Notes under the pieces: model-generated
Database searches by the model: none
Told to the model about the DNA's origin: nothing
The model's input: only the letters and a program-made list of their open reading frames with translations
Source: Hydrolagus affinis
Lineage: Eukaryota
NCBI GenBank assembly: GCA_012026655.1
Contig: JAAILG010000027.1
Location: 62,001-126,000, forward strand
DNA length: 64,000 nt
Direction: 5' to 3'
In this document: in pieces, positions 63,338 to 64,000 of the stretch
Numbering within the stretch: position 1 is the first letter of the stretch
How the letters are laid out: every line of letters begins with the position of its first letter
Made by a program: the position numbers and the translations under genes

Positions 63338-63480
63338 ATAGGAACAGGATTAGGCTAATCAGCCCTTCAAGCCTGTTCTGCCATTTAATTAGATCATGGC
63401 TGATCTGTACCTCTACTAATCTTTTCAATTCCAATTTCAATTGGCTCCTGATGACAAGTCAGGCTGGCAGGTCTATCATC
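63338..63480 (-). mobile_element. CR1-type LINE 3' end
   Basis: cataggaacaggattaggctaatcagcccttcaagcctgttctgccatttaattagatcatggctgatctg. Confidence 0.7.
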
Positions 63481-63484
63481 ACCA

Positions 63485-63886
63485 ATGTTCACTTCATCAT
63501 ATTGTCAAAATATCTCAAAGCGCTTCACAGGATTAAATAAATATAGTGCAGTGACTGTGTATTTTGTTGTCAAATGGGGCAGCTAACACAACAATGTCCC
63601 ACAAACAGCCATGATGTGAATGACCAAAATTATCTGGAAGATTATTGGCTGGTACACTAGAAGTAACTCCCTTCTCTTTTTCTGCAGGGTCATACAATCT
63701 TTAGTGTCCATCTAAACAGGAAGAAGGGACTTTGTTTTAATATCTCATCTGAAGGACTTCATCTCCAATAATGCAGTGCACTCCCATCGCTGCACTGGAA
63801 TTACAGACTAATACAGTCCTATCCAATGGAGGGATGGAACCCACAATCTTGTGACATAGAGGTGAGATTGTTACCAACTGAACTAG
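63485..63886 (-). mobile_element. Old DeuSINE (SacSINE1-like) copy, minus strand
   Basis: Tail tctcaaagcgcttcacag, core ttttaatatctcatctgaaggac...aatgcagtgcactcccatcgctgcactgg, head gaacccacaatcttgtgac...gttaccaactgaacta. Confidence 0.72.
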
Positions 63887-64000
63887 GTGAACAGCTGAGT
63901 GCATAACTGATGAAGTGAGTGAATTGAATAGAGTAACATATAATATTGATGTGACACTGGGTGGAAAGGTGCATAAGACTGAAAAATCACAAAGTGGACT

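Noticed and set aside
1-64000. CRISPR arrays, operons, prophage or other prokaryotic systems
   Set aside because: Spliceosomal exon-intron structure and vertebrate retroposons throughout; no regularly spaced repeat-spacer array was seen.

Overview
Vertebrate genomic DNA. The repeat content (SacSINE1/DeuSINE-like elements, abundant L2 and CR1 LINE pieces, a young tRNA-Ala-headed SINE) suggests a cartilaginous fish, plausibly a chimaera or elephant shark; this is inference. The whole window lies inside one minus-strand gene, the zinc-finger homeobox gene ZFHX4. Five coding exons can be read with canonical GT-AG sites and one continuous frame: 17779-17648 (132 nt), 11942-11809 (134), 11163-10963 (201), 6952-6835 (118) and a giant exon from 4302 that runs off the window at position 1. 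The giant exon encodes several C2H2 fingers and three homeodomains. Positions 17780-64000 are intronic (no further exon found), with L2/CR1/SINE fragments, repeat-poor TAAT-rich blocks that resemble conserved enhancers, and three assembly gaps. I found no new protein-coding system. The most unusual items are fold-back structures in the introns: (1) a 736-bp TA-flanked pogo/Tigger-type element with two inverted copies of a Jerky(JRK)-like transposase 5' end; (2) a perfect 68-bp inverted repeat marking a template-switch inversion; (3) a 26-bp hairpin that is fully paired only on the transcribed strand; (4) an 88-bp CCCAG...CTGGG palindromic mini-transposon with a 2-bp TSD. Repeat boundaries are approximate, and comparisons to human proteins or repeat consensi are from recall, not from a search.
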